Assembly (NCBI GenBank): GCA_951406725.2
Contig: OX597822.1
Location: 67,022,001 to 67,086,000 of the forward strand
Direction: 5' to 3'
Origin: Octopus vulgaris
Lineage: Eukaryota
DNA: 64,000 nt
Of this stretch, positions 1 through 13,409 are shown piece after piece (position 1 is the stretch's first letter; each line of letters starts with the position of its first letter). A program made the position numbers and the translations under genes. Under the pieces are notes generated by a model. That model saw only the letters and a program-made list of their open reading frames with translations, ran no database searches and was not told the origin of the DNA.

Positions 1-137
1 AGACAGACAAACAGACAGATAGCTAGATAGAGAGATAGATAGATAGAGAGATAGATAGATACATACATACATATAAACATACATACATATATACATACAT
101 ACGTACATACATAGACAGACAGATAGCTAGATAGTTG

Positions 138-228
<91 letters not shown>

Positions 229-272
229 TCATAGATAGATACATAGGTAGATACATAGGTAGATAGGTAGAT
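1..272. repeat. Compound (AGAT)n/(ACAT)n microsatellite
   Basis: Visible tetranucleotide arrays. Confidence 0.95.
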
Positions 273-2088
273 AGAATGATATAATGATATAGGTATAAAA
301 TAAGGATATATAGATATGTTTTTGTGCGCGTGTGTGTGCAGATATATATATATGTGTGTGTGCGTGCGTGTTTGTGTATACACATGCGTGTGTTAATACA
401 TATATACATGTATGTGTATGAGTGTACGTACGTGCACGCGTGTTTGTGAGTGTGTGTGTGTGTGTTTGTCTTTGTCTGTGTGTACATGTAAAGTGTCATG
501 TTAACCATGTAGAGACTATCAAAAAGTTATCAGACACACTGACTGGAATATCGGCAGGTAGTTATTTAGACAGACACGTTCAGTTGTTACTCCTGACTAC
601 GTTTTCCCCGCCTGTTGAATGTAATTTCCGTTTCGAATCATGTCGTATCTACCAGAGCAGGAATGGGTGAAGAGACGAATAATTGAAGAATGAAAACAGG
701 ATAAAAGACTTAATCTCGAAGAAAGAATGAAAGAAAATTGTAAGAAATGTTCTCTTTAAAAAGAATAAAAACGAAAGAGACTTGATAGGAAAAATGAAGA
801 AAAGATATGAAGGAAAATAAAATGAAACTAAGCAGTAAAACGGTAAAATTATTGCAAGAAAGAAAAGCGGCAAAAAATAAGAGCACGGAAATTGTAGAAA
901 TATATAGGAGAATACATAAAAATACGAGATATTGAAATATAATGAATTCACAAAGAGAAAGAGAAAGTAGAAAATGTTTAATCCCACATTGAAAATGAAA
1001 AAATTAACCACGATCAAATATAAAAACATGTGCATACAAACCACAAAAAATTAACAGCGTAAACTTGAGGAAAGAATAATATAGAACTTCATAAAGAAAA
1101 TAACGATGAGGAGTAGCTAAATATAGTACGATAAAGTGACAGAAAAAATATGGCAAGAAATGTGAGGAAATTCTTAGAAAAACATCAATAAACGAAGAAT
1201 TAACGAAAAAGAATATTAACAGCTGATAATCTTTTTTTTTTTTTTCAAGAATTGAATGAAACACATCGTATTAGTAGACAGAGACAATGAAAGGAGCGAA
1301 ATGGGCGAAATAATTTGAGAATTGTATTGCATTGAGATTTCAATGTCGTTGCAAGAATAAAGCGAGTTTGTATCTGATGAGCAATTTGAATGAGAAAAGG
1401 CGCAATCCTGAATAGGTAGACTGAGAAAGGATCGTCCATCTTTGAATAGTTGAAAGAAGACACACGCGTGTGTATAGAGCCTTTCGTATGCCTTTATGCA
1501 TTATAGTGTAGTAGATGATGTGAGATGGAAAGCGGGGTGGGGGGATTGTGATGTTGAGAAAAGCAGAGTAGTTCTGTGAAAATATAAAAAAAAGGTGGTG
1601 AGGTAAAATTTACATGGATTGGACTAGCAACAAGAACAAATGCAACAATCATCTTAAGAACAGCAACATTGACAAAAAAAAATATGAACAATACAACAAT
1701 TTCAACAACACGAATTAATAAATAAAACAGCAACAACTGCAACAATATTAGAAACGGCATCAAATGAAGTAATAACTATAAAATAGAGGGGGTTGATTGG
1801 GGACTGGAGTAATATGGCGTCAGAAGTAGGAGACGTATTGAGCAAGGGGAGAAGGAAGAGGATAATTTTAAGAAACGGCTGGAAAAGACGCAGGAGAATG
1901 AGGCGTTTGTAGTTGGTGGAAATGATGAGGACGGGGTGGAGGCGGTTGGGAAACGAGAAAGAGAAGGATAAAGGGAATGAGGGAAAGCGGGAGAAGGAGG
2001 AGTAGAATAGAAAGTAGAGAGGTGAGAAAAAAAGATGAAAATAGATGGGAAATGGAAAGAGTAGGAGAAGCAGAAGCTGTTGCTTCTT

Positions 2089-2410
2089 GAAGAAGAAGAA
2101 GAAGAAGAAGAAGAAGAAGAAGAAGAAGAAGAAGAAGAAGAAGAAGAAAAGCAGGAGAAGAAGAAAGGAGAAAAAGAAAGACGAAAAAGAAGAATGGAGT
2201 AGGAGGTGGAAGAAGAAGAGGAGAAGAAGAAAGAAGAAGAAGAAGAAAAGAAGAAAAGAAAGAGAAGAACAAAAGAAGGAGAAGAAGACGAAGAAAAGAA
2301 AGAGGAGGAGGAGGAGGAGAAGAAGACGAAAAAGAAAAAATAAGAAGGAAAAGAAGAAGAAGCAGAAGAAGAAGAAAAAAAATAGAAGGAAAAGAAGAAG
2401 AAGAAGAACA
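2089..2410. repeat. (GAA)n and degenerate purine-rich tract
   Basis: Pure GAA run at about 2089-2147 followed by degenerate GAA/GGA units. Confidence 0.9.
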
Positions 2411-2626
2411 CTAAAAGGCATAAGTTAAAGAATAGAAAAAGATTAATATACAAAAATGCAATAAAAGAAATGAAGTGAAGAAGCGAAAGTGGAAAGGAAA
2501 AAAAGAAATAGAAACAAAGAAAGAAAGAAATTAAAGAAAGCAGGGGAGTGTGGCAAATACAATAAAAATCTGCAAAAGAATGAATTAGCGAAAAGGGAAC
2601 CTCACACACATAGAGAGAGAGTGTGT

Positions 2627-2658
<32 letters not shown>

Positions 2659-3106
2659 AAGAAAAGTAAGTATTTTCAATGATAAGTCATTTAATTAATG
2701 TAAAGCTTGCCAGTTTGAGGATCGGCATTATTAATTGCCCGGATGTCTTATGAATATCACATGAGCCCTGTTCCCTAGAACGACTCTCCAATAAAACCGA
2801 CCCTTTAATCGAATTAATGATACAACGGATGTGGGAACAGCGAGCCACGTTTCATAATATACACATTTTTATAACATACGCACATGTAGCAATAATCACA
2901 TAAGCACACACACTCACTCACACACACACACACGTACGCACGCTCGGGCATATATACCTGAGTTCATAAACACACATATGTAACATATACATGAGATACA
3001 TATGCATACACGCACTTCACACGCATTTATATGCGCGAGTTCTTGGGCATAGTTATTGCCATTACGTACTTACTAGTATATATATATATAATAAAAAAAT
3101 TTAAAA

Positions 3107-3143
<37 letters not shown>

Positions 3144-3188
3144 TTAGGGAATATTATTATTCCCTATTATTATTATTAATATTATTTT

Positions 3189-3227
<39 letters not shown>

Positions 3228-3241
3228 GTATATATATATAC

Positions 3242-3297
<56 letters not shown>

Positions 3298-3420
3298 GTA
3301 TATATATATGTATATATATATTGTGAGGTATACTTGCCATCTCATTGTCGTGCAGTTACTGTTTATACCTCGTTCAGAGATTTATTATTGCTTATATATA
3401 TTTATGTATATATATATATA

Positions 3421-3514
<94 letters not shown>

Positions 3515-3517
<3 letters not shown>

Positions 3518-3776
3518 AATATTAGGGAATAAATCCAAATTTACAGGGAAAAAATCAGATTTAGGATTAAATCCAATTTTATAGTAAAATATTATATAAT
3601 ATTATTAGAGACAAAACCACTATTTTGCAAAACAAACAAGGAAAGACTTAATCAATACATAAAATTTTAATAAATAGTCAAAAAAACCGCCACTACAATT
3701 GTTTTTGACTATTTATTAAAATTTTATGTATTGATTAAGTCTTTCCTTGTTTGTTTTATAAATATAGTGGTTTTGT
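3515..3776. mobile_element. Foldback repeat, same family as 62050-62448 (probable Penelope-like terminal repeat remnant)
   Basis: Inverted arms 3611-3684 / 3702-3776. AATATTAGGGAATAAATCCAAATTTACAGGG...AGAGACAAAACCA is shared with 62060-62210. Flanked by (TA)n on both sides. Confidence 0.7.
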
Positions 3777-3780
3777 ATAT

Positions 3781-3825
<45 letters not shown>

Positions 3826-3830
<5 letters not shown>

Positions 3831-4251
3831 TCATCTGCATGATGTGGAAATATTCCATCAGCATTGCCCAAATGATGTTAGCATCACCTTTAAGGTACAT
3901 CCAAGGCTTGGGCCCCGTGCCATCCGCCCAAAACAAAAATCGCACTCTCATCTCATAACAACAATACGGCACAATTATTTCACCTCAATTGGCCCCGCTC
4001 TCTTTAACATTACACCAAAACACATTAAAACAGAAACTGACCCTATAGGGTTCAAGAAGTCTTTGGACAGATTCCTTCAAGAAATCCCGGATAAACCCCC
4101 TACACCCGGATATGTCTCTGTAAACAATAACTCTCTACTTGAGTGGGCCATAGTGCCCAAATTCTGACTTGAAAGACTTCACCAGGTGGTGCTATTAAGT
4201 TAGACATGGCCTGGGCCAATAATGGCCGAAACCTATCAAAGTATCAAAGTA
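3826..4251 (+). mobile_element. 5'-truncated LINE 3' end (CR1/L2-group ORF2 C-terminus, 3'UTR and tail)
   Basis: Translation ...FTSIGPALFNITPKHIK...FKKSLDRFLQEIPDKP resembles the post-RT C-terminus of CR1-group LINEs. Stop at 4167, tandem tail (TATCAAAG)x2, inserted in (TA)n. Confidence 0.75.
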
Positions 4252-4259
4252 TATATATA

Positions 4260-4326
<67 letters not shown>

Positions 4327-4341
4327 GTATATGTATATGTA

Positions 4342-4415
<74 letters not shown>

Positions 4416-4698
4416 CTACTGATAGCATTGACATAAATGCATACACGTAGCATATACACCCACGCTCGCGCATGCGTAAAATTATTGTATCCTTACAAAT
4501 ACATACACCTACATACTGAAATTCATTCAGGCACACATGTTCACGAGTGTACCTAGACGCATTCTGCTATCATTTATATATTCTTGTGTGTAGATGGAAA
4601 TATTTACATCCATCCGCATGTGAATATATATGCATAATTATGTTTATGTGTGCCTAATCCGACACTTCCTATGCGCAGTCACATCATCAATCATCCTT

Positions 4699-4730
<32 letters not shown>

Positions 4731-5349
4731 GTTTCTCTCTCAAACACACACAATCTCTGCACAAGAACATTTTCACAGGTAACACATGTTCGTATGCATA
4801 CATGTATGGACGTATGTACGGGCCTACATATATGTATGTGTCTCTGTGTTTGCGTGTGAAAGCCAATATGAGGGATGTTCTCATTATAATTATCGCAGTA
4901 TCCTATGTTGTAACACAACATCGGATTTTAAGTTGGGATAAATATTAACTTTTCGTATTAATACTGTTTGTATAGTTAATAATAATTTTTTGAGCTTGCT
5001 GGTATTTTAATCTGGCAAATATTAAATGGAGAAATGCAGAAGAATTAATAAATGGGATGCCCATTCTCAAAGTGCTTCATTGTTGCTTGATCTATTTGCA
5101 GAGCACCGAATCTATTACAAAAATTTTCTGAACTACTACTTGAGGTATGAACGCTTGCACTTAACTCAATGTTTTCACATAACAAGCTCCTTTCAGGAAT
5201 GTTTCAACATTTGCGTTTAGTATACCATCTATAAATCACGGGAACATCCTTTTCCCTTTTCAGCTCAACGTAGCTCATACCTTACATAGAGATATAATCA
5301 TTTTATTTTTGACAGACGGTCAATAATTATAGTGGAAAGCAAAAGTTAC

Positions 5350-5505
5350 TTGCTCAGTGCTCAGGTATTGCTCAGCTAGTGCTTCTTTTATTGACGCCGC
5401 AGTGATTAAAGACAAGGTCGACAACGGCGGCATTTGAAATCAGATGGTAAATAGCCGGTAGAAATGTCGAAAAGCGTTTTACCCGATACGCCAATGATAC
5501 TGTCA
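5350..5505 (-). mobile_element. Degenerate SINE family B copy
   Basis: AAAGACAAGGTCGACAACGGCGGCATTTGAAATCAGA matches the reverse complement of the 12738 family. Confidence 0.6.
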
Positions 5506-7446
5506 GAAACATGTCAGATTTTATCACCAGTTACAGTTACCAGCGTTCAGAGAGAGAGAGGGAGAGAGAGAGAGAGAGAGAGAAAGCGTTTTCGAATGTC
5601 AACATTAAATTTTGGTCCACTTGAATTCCTTATTCATTTTGAAACTCATTTTCATTAAGGCCAATCACTTTTCTTCTCGTTACAAATATTACTTCAGTCT
5701 ATTAAAGATTATTTTCCATTGGTCATTTGTTCTTAACAATACCTTCTTCATGCAAAATAAAGGCTATAGAAATTTCCAAATCTTATTGTGCAATTTCACT
5801 TAAATTTGCGTTAATAATGATATATTTTCTCAATCGTTCGAAGATTTTGCTTACCGTAAATTGATTGCAGTTAAAGAACACAGCAGTCAAAGAGCAGTTT
5901 CGATTCAACCTTTTAGTAAATCCTTTTTGTCGTCGATTGTCTTTTGTGGTTAATTTACCTTGCCCAGTTTGAGATTAAAATACATCTACGCTATTTTTCA
6001 ACTCCCATATTCAGCAATTCAATGGTTCTCTTTACATAGCAAGTCCTTATATGAGAAACACTTATTCTATTCCTAACTAGGTTTTTAACACACATCCATT
6101 GTATTCTATGTAGATTGATGTCATCTCTGTATTATCTACTCTATGGTATTTTTAGTTTATAGCATATTTTACGGCTGGAATTCGAAAGCAAATTGGTTGT
6201 GTACATACGAAGAACATCCCACTACTACAGAGAGGAACTTTCTCTCTGACTAATCCCATAATCAAATGCCCTTATCTTATGAATATTCCGTAACAATAAC
6301 TGTAAAATCTCTGGATGGAAAGTTTAATGATAATGTCAGAGTGATTAGCTCTTATCTTCCCATGATAGTGTTTTGACCAACTCAGACAATACCAGTATTA
6401 TGATTTTGTATAATTGTTTTCATTTTATGTGACATAGCATTTCAGCTATGTTTTTGCTATTATTAATATTGTCTTGTTTGTCTTTTTTCTTTTTAATTTT
6501 TCTTGCTGTTCATTTCGTTTTTCCCAGAGCAGCAACGTTGTTGTTATTTTATTTATTTGCTATTTGCATAATGTCTGGTTTATGCTGTATCAAGTCTAAA
6601 GAATTGTCCAAATAACATTTCTTATCCTCCGGGGAAAATTTCCCCAAATATTTTCAAAAGATACTATACTTTTAATGAGGAAATGACATCGCATGTTTCT
6701 TCAGTCGTCTTATTCTCCTAATCCTAATTTCCGGCTCCTTGCATTCGTCCGAAAATTCGAGTAATTTCATTCAGATGAGATTACCGTATTAATCCACGGG
6801 TGACGTATTTGTTTGTAGCTCTGAGCCATTTGAGATTAGAACTAACGGTGGAGTGAACTAGACGGTTTATAGAGCTTAGCTTGCAGTCTTCCTGGTTTCC
6901 AGTTGAAGTGCACACTGATTCCACCGTTTTTATTGTCATTTTTATAAAATTATATTGACATAGTGTTAACTATTTCATCGACAATTCTGTTATAATTTAT
7001 AACCCCATATCCTTATACAAACACATACGCATATATGTGTGCGTGAGTGTGTGCATACGACACAGAGAGAGAGAAAGATATAGATAGAGAAAGAGTGTCT
7101 GTGTCTGCGAGTTCACATGCAAGATGTACATGTGGCTTTTCCCTGACGGTGTATTTTGGATCCCATCGAAAAGTTTGGAATTGCTGCTCGATAAATTCCC
7201 CAACAGATTAGAAAGCAATATTGTATTACTCACCTCTACCTCTACATCCCATGACCTTCACCACCAAGAGATGAGAAATATATCAAAATGCAGATGAAAC
7301 AGTTACTTGTTTCTTATTTCCACACAGATGAACCGAAATGTTATCCCCACCCCCACCATTAATAATTTGATGAAATGCTGAAGGAGGCTCAAAAATTGCG
7401 TAGGCAATTAAATATTCTCAGAATATCCAAATTATAGTAATGAGTA

Positions 7447-7765
7447 AGGAACTCTTTCGGTCGTGAATGACTTTAGATTGCACCTAGAGAGTTACACTTC
7501 GAGGTACAGGGTTGTTTATCGTAGATCAATAGTTGCCCATGCATACCAGCCTCCCCTCTCCGTGCCACCGATGTTATCCAAGGGAAAGACAAAGGCCGAT
7601 ACAGCTTGGCACCTGTGATGTCGAAACTCATTTCTACAGCTGGGTGAACTGGAGCAACGTGAAATAATGTGTCTTGCTCAAGAACTCAACACGCAGCCCG
7701 GTCCTGGAATCGAACTCAGTACCTCATGATTGTGAGCCCCACGCTCTAGCTATTGAGCATTGTGC
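7447..7765 (-). mobile_element. tRNA-derived SINE family C
   Basis: Paralogous to 8403-8736; B-box GGTACTGAGTTCGATTCC on the minus strand. Confidence 0.85.
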
Positions 7766-8402
7766 CAGATTATAGTATAGAAGTGAATATTATTTCGTTT
7801 TTAATTTTTGGGCGTTAAGTTAGATTTCAATGGAATGAAATATGTATTAGGTATAATATACTTTTATGCATTTATTTTAATCAATGTTAATTAAATAAAA
7901 CGCTTATTTAATTTATGCACTTTTAATTTCTTTTTCGTTTCACCAATAAAGTCATTAATATTCTTATGTGTATAGAGCTGCCAGATGAAATTGGTTAAAT
8001 CTTTTCAGTACAAAGCATCTAAGATTTTATTAATTACATTATACTATTTAAATATGGAACGATAGGGAAATGACTAAATATTTTGGCGTAGAGAACAGCA
8101 GAAAATAACATTTATGGTTGTTTTCACCGATTGCGTAGATAGATGGAAAGGAAATGAATAGTAATACAAGGGAAGAGAGAAAATTGTATTTCCGAGGCAA
8201 TTATGTTTTACTTTTACGTAAGAGTACAAAAATTTGAGTTTTATTAGTAGAAACAAAAATCATCTTTTAGCATAAAACAGAACGTGACACATTTAATCGA
8301 TTTATATGTATAATTTTGTATTTACGAAAATCGACTAAATATAATGGAGAATACGAGACGTCAATTATAAAAAACAAACTTCGGACATAGTTTTCCCTTA
8401 AA

Positions 8403-8736
8403 GGGTAAAGACCCCCTTCGGTCATGAATGACCATGGGATTGCACCTAGAAAGTTACCCTCCTAGACACAAGTCCGGGCAAGGTTGTTTATGGAAGACCA
8501 GCAGTCGCCCATGCATACCAGCCTCCCCTCTCCACGCCACCAGTGTTATCCAAGGGAAAGACAAAGGTCGATACAGCTTGGCACCAGTGACGTCGAAAAC
8601 TCATTTCTACAGCTGAGTGAACTGGAGCAACGTGAAATAAAGTGCCTTGCTCGAGAACACAACACGCAGCCCGGTCCGGGATTCGAGCTCACGATCGTAA
8701 GCTGGACGCTCTAACCACTGAGCCATGCGCCTTCAC
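8403..8736 (-). mobile_element. tRNA-derived SINE family C
   Basis: Minus strand starts GTGAAGGCGCATGGCTCAGTGGTTAGAGCG (A-box) with a GCTCGAATCC B-box; body shared with 7447-7765. Confidence 0.88.
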
Positions 8737-9924
8737 CTAAGGCAACAAGTAATTCTACTTCAAAATTAATATTAACATTCATCAGTGAAAGACTATACAA
8801 CCATGCATGTGATAAAATACGTTGTCGTTGACAGAAACGCTCAGTATATTCAAAGGCTTCGTGGACCATTTCGAAAGATTGAAAAATTTTTTTAATAGAA
8901 AATAACTTCTTATGCTTTTGGAAAACTTAATATATGCTGAAATATAAAGTATTTATGGTGAGAATGATATTGACCACACAGAACGTCATTTGGGAATTGG
9001 TCGATGGTTCACTAACAACAAAATACATGATACGAATATTAGAAAACTTCGACTCGGTGATTATCTAAACAGATATCCAGGAACTTTGAATTTTAAACGT
9101 TTCCCACTCGACCAACATGCAGAAAATATCTCAGAGCAAGAAAGAATCAATAAAGAAAAACTCTGAAAGTAAAATATAAACGAAGATTACGTTATTAGCT
9201 AAATATTAACATGATTTTTAGTTAATAATTATATTTAATTCATTTTCTAATATCTTTAGAATATACTTCTTATAATTTCATAAATTAGGGCACAAAAAAT
9301 TACATCACTGGTTGATTTAGATCTAATGATACGCACAATATTAACACCTTGTTACCTAGTGAGTATATAAAAAGCCTTCCTCAGGTATTAAAGGAAACTA
9401 GTAGGTAGATCTTACAGATGAACATTGCGATGAACAACTGCAATAAGAAGTGAAACCGGTTAGAATGTACTTTGATGAACTTTTGCGATTATAGATTTTT
9501 GAGATTTTAATATGATAGATTGAAATTATTTGAATGCTGTTTGTAATCAGTAATCTTGAACTGAGTTGATTCTATTAATGCATATTGGTTATGATATATT
9601 ATTTTGGAATAGGTAATAATATCTTTTGAAAATATCTGATTGTAATAATTTGTTTTTCAGTGCCTGTTATTGAATTTTCAACTGGTTTGACTATAATAAT
9701 GTACTCTGGAATTAATTCACTGCAATATCAATGGAAAAGAACATCTTAATATATACCCTAAATTATGTGGAATCTTTTCAACAATCCCCTTCTCTCTTTC
9801 ATTATACATGCACAATTTCAACGTTTTTCAATTTTTCTCGCTCCCTCTAATAAACATACGCACGGATATATGTATAAATACATATATAAATACACACACA
9901 CATACACACACACAGACATATGTA

Positions 9925-10207
9925 TGTGTGGGGCGCAGTTCAACGAGAGATCAAGAAAACTCCTTGTAACATCAAAAACGAATTGATGGTAAAGATTATA
10001 GCAAGGGAGCCGTTCAGATTAATTACAGGAGCTTCCGAAATGGTCTGGAAACCGTGATTGAAGACAATGGGGATTTTATTGAATAAATTTATTCATTAAA
10101 ATTTAAAGATATTTTTATGTAATTTTGGTAAATGCAACTTTTAAAATAAGAATTTATTTTTTATTTTCTTTATTGCGTAATTCGGACGACAGTTTATTCA
10201 TCCTGTA
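9925..10207 (+). mobile_element. Tc1/mariner-superfamily transposon 3' remnant
   Basis: Broken translation GAVQREIKKTPCNIKNELMVKI...RSFRNGLETVIEDNGDFIE* is a typical transposase C-terminus. Ends in a TIR-like ...TTATTCATCCTG|TA. Confidence 0.7.
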
Positions 10208-10330
10208 TATATATAAACATACGTGTGTATGGGGATGTATGTATGTATATGTATATATACATATATGGATGTATGTATGTATATGTATATATATGGATGT
10301 ATGTATGTATATGTATATATATATATATAT

Positions 10331-10499
10331 ACGATGGGCTGCTTTCAGTTTCCGTCTGTCAAATCCGCTCACAAAAATTTGGTCGGCCCGAGGCTATAGT
10401 AGAAGACACGTGCTCAAGGTGCCACACAATTGGAATTGAAACTGGAACCATGTGGTTGGTAAGCAAGCTGCTTACCACAAAGCCAATACCACACGCCTG
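10331..10499 (-). mobile_element. SINE family A, 5' half
   Basis: Reverse complement of the family A head seen at 31362 and 48841. Confidence 0.85.
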
Positions 10500-10512
10500 A
10501 TATATATATGTA

Positions 10513-10808
10513 TATCTGTAAATGTAATATGCCACAATTATTCGGTAGTCATGATAAAACTCCGAGTTTCGGATGTCGGGGTGGAAATCCACGCTGCCGT
10601 CTCTTTAGTTGTCTGGCCCTCGGAAAAAAAAATGCTAAGAAAATTCCATAACATTTTGCCATAGCATTTTCATAGCATAATTTTCATACCATTTTTTCCG
10701 ATGACTGGATAACTGAAGAGATGGCGGCGTGGATTTCCACCCCGACATCCGAAACTCGGAGTTTTATCATGGATACCAAATAACTGTCACATATTACATT
10801 TACAGATA
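10513..10808. mobile_element. Head-to-head foldback with hammerhead-bearing arms (Penelope-like terminal repeat)
   Basis: Imperfect inverted arms 10513-10628 / 10693-10808. Confidence 0.8.
10708..10768 (+). ncRNA. Type I hammerhead ribozyme motif
   Basis: Stem I GATAA/TTATC; core CTGAAGA 10713-10719; long stem II GATG..CGG.GTGGA/TCCAC.CCG.CATC; GAAA 10751-10754; stem III ACTC-G-GAGT; GUU cleavage triplet. Confidence 0.7.
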
Positions 10809-10870
10809 AATTCCTCTCATTACAAAATATCGAGGTCTCTTTATTTCTTTTGTTGTCTTACAATTTCTAT

Positions 10871-10921
<51 letters not shown>

Positions 10922-11473
10922 TATGTGTACATGACTATGTGCATATATGTATATATGCACACTGAACGTCCGTATATTTTTTGTACGTGTATATATTTGT
11001 AAATGATTAAGTTTTGATGTTTTACAGTTCTTTTACCATCGATGACATGAAAGTATAACATCCCACCTATGTTTTAATACTTATGTTTCCTAAACTATGA
11101 AGTATCTATGAAATAATGCCTTAGAAACATAGTTATGACTTTTAATATGATACCCTCCGAAACGCATCACTAAACTAAATAAGTTGTCTGGGAATCGATA
11201 AATATAAGAAAATCTTAGTCAACATGAATACCATATTATGAAATACAAAGCTCCGTATTATCTACTTGGAAATTTAGATCAGTAACAAGTAATAATGCTT
11301 TTCGCTATTGTTGATGACTTTGATGAGAGGTGTTACTTATATGATCGAGATTCCGTAAGGAAATAAAGCAACAAATGGAGACTGTATCAAATCTATTTAT
11401 TGCTATTTACGAGATATTCGTGATTAAGATCAAGACCCGAGGCCGGTATCACTGACATTAGGACAAGTGTTGT

Positions 11474-11500
11474 CATTGCATCATCATCCTTATAATCAAT

Positions 11501-11537
<37 letters not shown>

Positions 11538-12020
11538 ACATCATCATCGTCGTCGTCGTCGTCGTCGTCGTCATCGTTGTAGTTCTCGTCGTCTCTGTAA
11601 ATGCCGCCGTGGCCGATGTCGTCACCGTCTTCGACGTCATTTCACAATCGTCTTCGTTGTTTTGTTCATCTTCGTCGTTGTGCTCGTCCCTAGTATCGAC
11701 ATCATCATCGATCTCATGCTCATCGAAGCAATAATTACATTTTACTGACATCTCTTTAACTATTGTCATATTCATCATTATCTTCATCGTCGCCGTCACC
11801 ATCATCATCAGCAGCAACAGAAACAGTACTTTTATCATCGTCGTCGTTGTCGACATCATAATCATCATCACCATCATCACCATCAACATCAACATCATCA
11901 TCAACAACAACAACGACGACGTTGTCGTCGTCGTTGTCAATGTCGCTGTCATCATTGTCGTCGTCACCATCATCATCAGCACCACTACCACCACTACCAC
12001 TGCCACAATAACAATCACAA
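11474..12020. repeat. Degenerate (CAT)n/(CGT)n/(CAA)n trinucleotide field
   Basis: Visible trinucleotide arrays. Confidence 0.85.
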
Positions 12021-12737
12021 CAAAATCACCATTTGAATCGTAATAGCGATATTTATATCTGCCTGGTCAATCATCGTAACAAAACGAATTTGTGGTCGGT
12101 GGGTGGGGACCACCAGCACCAACTGTCGCGACTATCATCAACACTATGCGCCTATGTTTAGATTTTGAAACAAAACGTTGCACGTGACACGCACGGCACT
12201 TTCTACCGACAAACTACTGATTATAACCAGCTTTACAGTCAGATGTCACCGAAGACAGTATTTTTATGGACAAATAAAATTTAATATAAAATAAAAATTA
12301 CTGAAAGGAAGGAGGAATTAAATTAACTGTCGTGTGACACGAGTGTGGATTTAGAATGGAATGTGGTGGTGTTTGGTAGTGATTGGCATTCAATCGAAAC
12401 AAGAATTCTTATTAGAAATTCATAGACATACTCTTTTCTAGAGTCTAAATTATTCTAAGATCATTCCTGTAAAATTTACTGTGATTTTCTGTACGATTAA
12501 ACTTGGTGTGAGCATCTGCTGGAGCCATAGTTATAACAAGATTCCTGTCTTTATGTATGTGTATGTATATAGCCATCACTCTCGGCTTACGCATGTATAT
12601 GAATGTATGTGTGTATCTCTGTATGTTTGAATCTGTATTTCATTGCCGTGTGGTTATGTGTAGATATTTTATATGTGGAAAACGAGTTAGAGATGAAACT
12701 AGTGATGTTTTTTACTAATTCAGTGTAGTAGGATTTT

Positions 12738-13340
12738 AAGGCGATGAGCTGGCAGAAACGTTAGTGCGCTGGGCGAAATGCTTAGCGGCATTTCGTCTGC
12801 CGCTACGTTCTGAGTTCAAATTCCGCCGATGCCGACTTTGCCTTTCATCCTTTTGGGGTCGATAAATAAAGTACCAGTTACGCACTGGGGTCGATATATT
12901 CGTCTTAATCCGTTTGTCTGTCCTTGTTTTTCCTCTCTGTGTTTAGCCCCTTGTGGGTAGTAAAGAAATAGGTATTTCGTTTGCCGCTACGTTCTGAGTT
13001 CAAATTCCGCTGAGGTCAACTTTGCCTTTCATCCTTTCGTGATCGATAAATAAAGTACCAGTTACGCACTGGGGTCGATGTAATCGACTTAATCCCTTTG
13101 TTTGTCCCCCTCTATGTTTAGCCTCTTGTTGGCAATATAGAAATAAGAAACGTTAGCACGCCGGCCGAAATGCTTAGCGGTGTTTCGTCTGTCTTCTGAG
13201 TTCAAATTCCGCCGAGGTCGACTTTGCCTTTCATCCTTTCGGGGTCGATAAATTAAGTACACGTTGCTTACAGGGGTCGATCTAATCGGCTGGCCCCCTC
13301 CCTCAAAACATTTCGGACCATGTGCCTAGAGTAGAAAAGA
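12738..13340 (+). mobile_element. SINE family B, head-to-tail trimer
   Basis: Three iterations of TTCTGAGTTCAAATTCCGCCGAGGTCGACTTTGCCTTTCATCCTTTCGGGGTCGATAAAT.AAGTAC, with units starting at about 12738, 12973 and 13147. Confidence 0.9.
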
Positions 13341-13409
13341 ATGTAATAAGACTTCTCGTGTAAAATATCAAAGTTACTCCAACTCTAGAAGCATCAACAT
13401 AATGGCTTC

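Noticed and set aside
1374-1400. CTGATGA...GAAA hammerhead-like words (also about 16643, 19788, 41405, and 54110 on the minus strand)
   Set aside because: Stems I-III cannot be formed around them.
1702-2609. Overlapping long ORFs (poly-F/L, poly-S, poly-K/R)
   Set aside because: Stop-poor purine-rich simple repeat read in several frames.
8660-8736. tRNA genes at SINE heads (also 24462, 31362, 34312, 46870)
   Set aside because: A/B boxes are present but there is no complete cloverleaf, and each continues into a shared SINE body.
11467-12018. Poly-His/Arg and poly-Met/Thr ORFs
   Set aside because: (CAT)n/(CGT)n repeats; no splice or domain evidence.
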